From: an uncultured Acidobacteriota bacterium
GTDB taxonomy: Bacteria > Acidobacteriota > Thermoanaerobaculia > Gp7-AA8
Assembly: GCA_963741955.1 (NCBI GenBank)
Contig: CAVUKB010000004.1
Coordinates: forward strand, 448,001-512,000
DNA: 64,000 bases
Direction: 5' to 3'
Shown here: piece by piece, positions 62,287-64,000 of the stretch
How the letters are laid out: every line of letters begins with the position of its first letter
Numbering within the stretch: position 1 is the first letter of the stretch
Made by a program: the position numbers and the translations under genes
The notes under the pieces: generated by a model
Told to the model about the DNA's origin: nothing
Database searches by the model: none
The model's input: only the letters and a program-made list of their open reading frames with translations

Positions 62287-62303
62287 AGCAAATAACTTGC
62301 CAG
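62287..62303 (-). promoter_or_regulatory. sigma54 (-24/-12) promoter
   Basis: CTGGCAAGTTATTTGCT, near-perfect match to TGGCAC-N5-TTGCW, in the intergenic gap 24 nt upstream of the receiver gene. Confidence 0.75.
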
Positions 62304-62338
62304 GCTCGGTCAGCGCGGGACGGAGGTGGCGTGATTCA

Positions 62339-63103
62339 CTAGTGGAACCACGATCCGCCGTTGATGTCGATCGTCGCCCCTGCGAGGTAATCCGAGAGGG
62401 GAGAGGCGAGAAACAGGATCGTGTTCGCCACTTCTTCGGCTGTTCCGATCCGTCCCGTCGGCACTTGCGCCGTGAGCTCTGCCCGCTTGTTCTGCAGTTC
62501 GCTCTGCGCCATGTCGGTCTCGATGAATCCGGGGGCGACGCACGTCGCGATGATCCCGTCGCCGGCACATGCGCGGGCGAGCGAACGCGTCAGATTCACC
62601 AGCGCCGCCTTCGATGCGCCGTAATCGGCGAATTCCGTCTCTCCACGGAATGCCGCGCGGGATGCGACGTTGATGATCTTTCCTCCACCCTGGGCGCGCA
62701 TGAGTGGGAGCACGAGGTGCACGAGGTTGGCCGCGCCGAAGACGTTCACTTCGAACGTCCGGTGCCAGCCTCGCTGCCAGTTCTCGTAGTCGCCGCCGTA
62801 GAACGGGTTGTACGCGAAGATCGCCGCGTTGTTCACGAGGACGTCGATCCTTCCGAATCGATCCACCACCTCGTCGACCATGTTCGAACAATCGGACGGA
62901 TTCCCGACGTCAGCCTTCACCGCGAACGCTCGCTCGGCTCCGATCGACGTGACGACTTCCTGCGCCGCAGCTTCACGCGAGAGGAAGTTCACCGCGACAT
63001 ACGCGCCGGCCCGTCCGAGAAGAATTGCGGCTTCCCGCCCGATTCCTCGTGAAGCTCCGGTGATCAGAATCGATTTTCCGCTGAGGTCGATCTCCATCCC
63101 CAT
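62339..63103 (-). CDS. SDR family oxidoreductase
   Basis: TGASRGIG, LVNNA, YGASK, APGFIETDM, INGG. Confidence 0.93.
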   Translation of the reverse strand: MGMEIDLSGKSILITGASRGIGREAAILLGRAGAYVAVNFLSREAAAQEVVTSIGAERAFAVKADVGNPSDCSNMVDEVVDRFGRIDVLVNNAAIFAYNPFYGGDYENWQRGWHRTFEVNVFGAANLVHLVLPLMRAQGGGKIINVASRAAFRGETEFADYGASKAALVNLTRSLARACAGDGIIATCVAPGFIETDMAQSELQNKRAELTAQVPTGRIGTAEEVANTILFLASPLSDYLAGATIDINGGSWFH

Positions 63104-63183
63104 GATCCAGCCTCCGTGGTGAGATGCGGGAAACCTTACCAGAGAAGAGAGTACGTCGCGGCACGAGGTCGTACAATCGGCAC

Positions 63184-63483
63184 GTGCCACTCTTCAGACG
63201 AACGAGCAACGACGAGCGTGCAGTTCCGGTCGAGATCTACTCGCGCCGCGAGTGTCACCTCTGCGATGTCGCGGAGGGCCTGATCGAGAGTCTCGCGCTC
63301 GAGCACCATCTGGTTCTGGATGTGCGGGTGATCGACGTCGATTCCGACGCGGAACTCCGCAGGTTGTATGGAGAGCTCGTTCCCGTCGTCTTCGTCGATG
63401 GAAAGAAGGCGTTCAAGTTTCGGGTCGATCCGGAGAAGTTCGTCACCAGGGTCCGCCATGCGGCATCGAAACGTCGAAAGTGA
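63184..63483 (+). CDS. Glutaredoxin-like protein (DUF836-type)
   Basis: IYSRRECHLC, IDVDSD...YGELVPVVFVDG; GTG start 6 nt after TACAAT. Confidence 0.85.
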   Translation: MPLFRRTSNDERAVPVEIYSRRECHLCDVAEGLIESLALEHHLVLDVRVIDVDSDAELRRLYGELVPVVFVDGKKAFKFRVDPEKFVTRVRHAASKRRK

Positions 63484-63499
63484 CATCAGGAGGTCGCCA

Positions 63500-63823
63500 A
63501 TGGGTCTGGCCGAGAAGGAATGCATCTCCTGCCGCGGAGGCGTCCCGCCGTTGGGAGCAGACGACGTGACCCGCCTTCTCGCGGAGCTGGGCGGCGGATG
63601 GGTGGCGGCCGAGCGGCACCATCTCGAAAAGGAGTTCCGGTTCGACGACTTCCGCGCGGCTCTCGATTTCACGAACCGCATCGGTGCCCTCGCGGAGCAG
63701 CAGGGCCATCACCCCGACATCCACCTCTCGTGGGGAAGGGTCCGGGTCGAGATCTGGACCCACAAGATCGACGGGCTCACCGAGAGCGACTTCATTCTCG
63801 CCGCGAAAATCGACCAGGTGTGA
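63500..63823 (+). CDS. Pterin-4a-carbinolamine dehydratase
   Basis: SD AGGAGG; CISC, AEQQGHHPDI, WTHKIDGLTESDFILAAKID. Confidence 0.93.
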   Translation: MGLAEKECISCRGGVPPLGADDVTRLLAELGGGWVAAERHHLEKEFRFDDFRAALDFTNRIGALAEQQGHHPDIHLSWGRVRVEIWTHKIDGLTESDFILAAKIDQV

Positions 63824-63879
63824 GACAACGAGCTCCGGTCCGTCCGCCGCCACTCCATCGCTGAACCGGGATTCTTCGA

Positions 63880-64000
63880 TCAGAGCACCCGGTGGCTCTG
63901 GAGCTCTCTCTTCACGAAGGTGTAGATGATCGGCCCGAGCACCAGTCCCTGCAGCCCGAACGCGACCTGACCGGCGAAGAGGGCAAGGAGGATCTCCCAC
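63880..64000 (-). CDS. C-terminus of membrane protein, probably AI-2E family (runs off window)
   Basis: Hand translation ...WEILLALFAGQVAFGLQGLVLGPIIYTFVKRELQSHRVL*. Confidence 0.65.
   Translation of the reverse strand, partial: WEILLALFAGQVAFGLQGLVLGPIIYTFVKRELQSHRVL

Overview
GC-rich bacterial chromosome segment of mostly core genes. Gene content and order suggest Acidobacteriota, probably Thermoanaerobaculia (inference). Core genes: ychF (partial), thrC-like, nadA, rpsU-mutS2-dnaG-rpoD, udk, murJ, efp, pilT-recX-alaS, an acyl-CoA mutase large subunit with isobutyryl-CoA mutase signature residues, ftsK, prs-rplY, tRNA-Leu(TAA) and tRNA-Arg(CCG). It also carries a TolC/Yip1/MacAB-type exporter, a divergent pair of Ser/Thr kinases (one fused to a STAND-type ATPase, TPRs, GAF and a sigma54 activator) and several lipoproteins or secreted proteins. 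No integrase, transposase, reverse transcriptase, CRISPR array or prophage was seen. The most unusual signals are non-coding. (1) A ~350-nt unit just downstream of rpoD has its own promoter and terminator and can fold end-to-end into one long rod, making it a candidate 6S-like or novel ncRNA. (2) Three families of palindromic MITE-like elements are chained head-to-tail through shared TA/TG (CTAG/CTGG) junctions at several loci, and two families share a covarying central hairpin. Smaller points are an unlisted 52-aa zinc-ribbon ORF, sigma54 promoters, an Asn-tipped EF-P and a recurring uncharacterised secreted domain. Many start codons were trimmed by eye relative to the ORF track. Base-pairing was assessed by eye, not computed.
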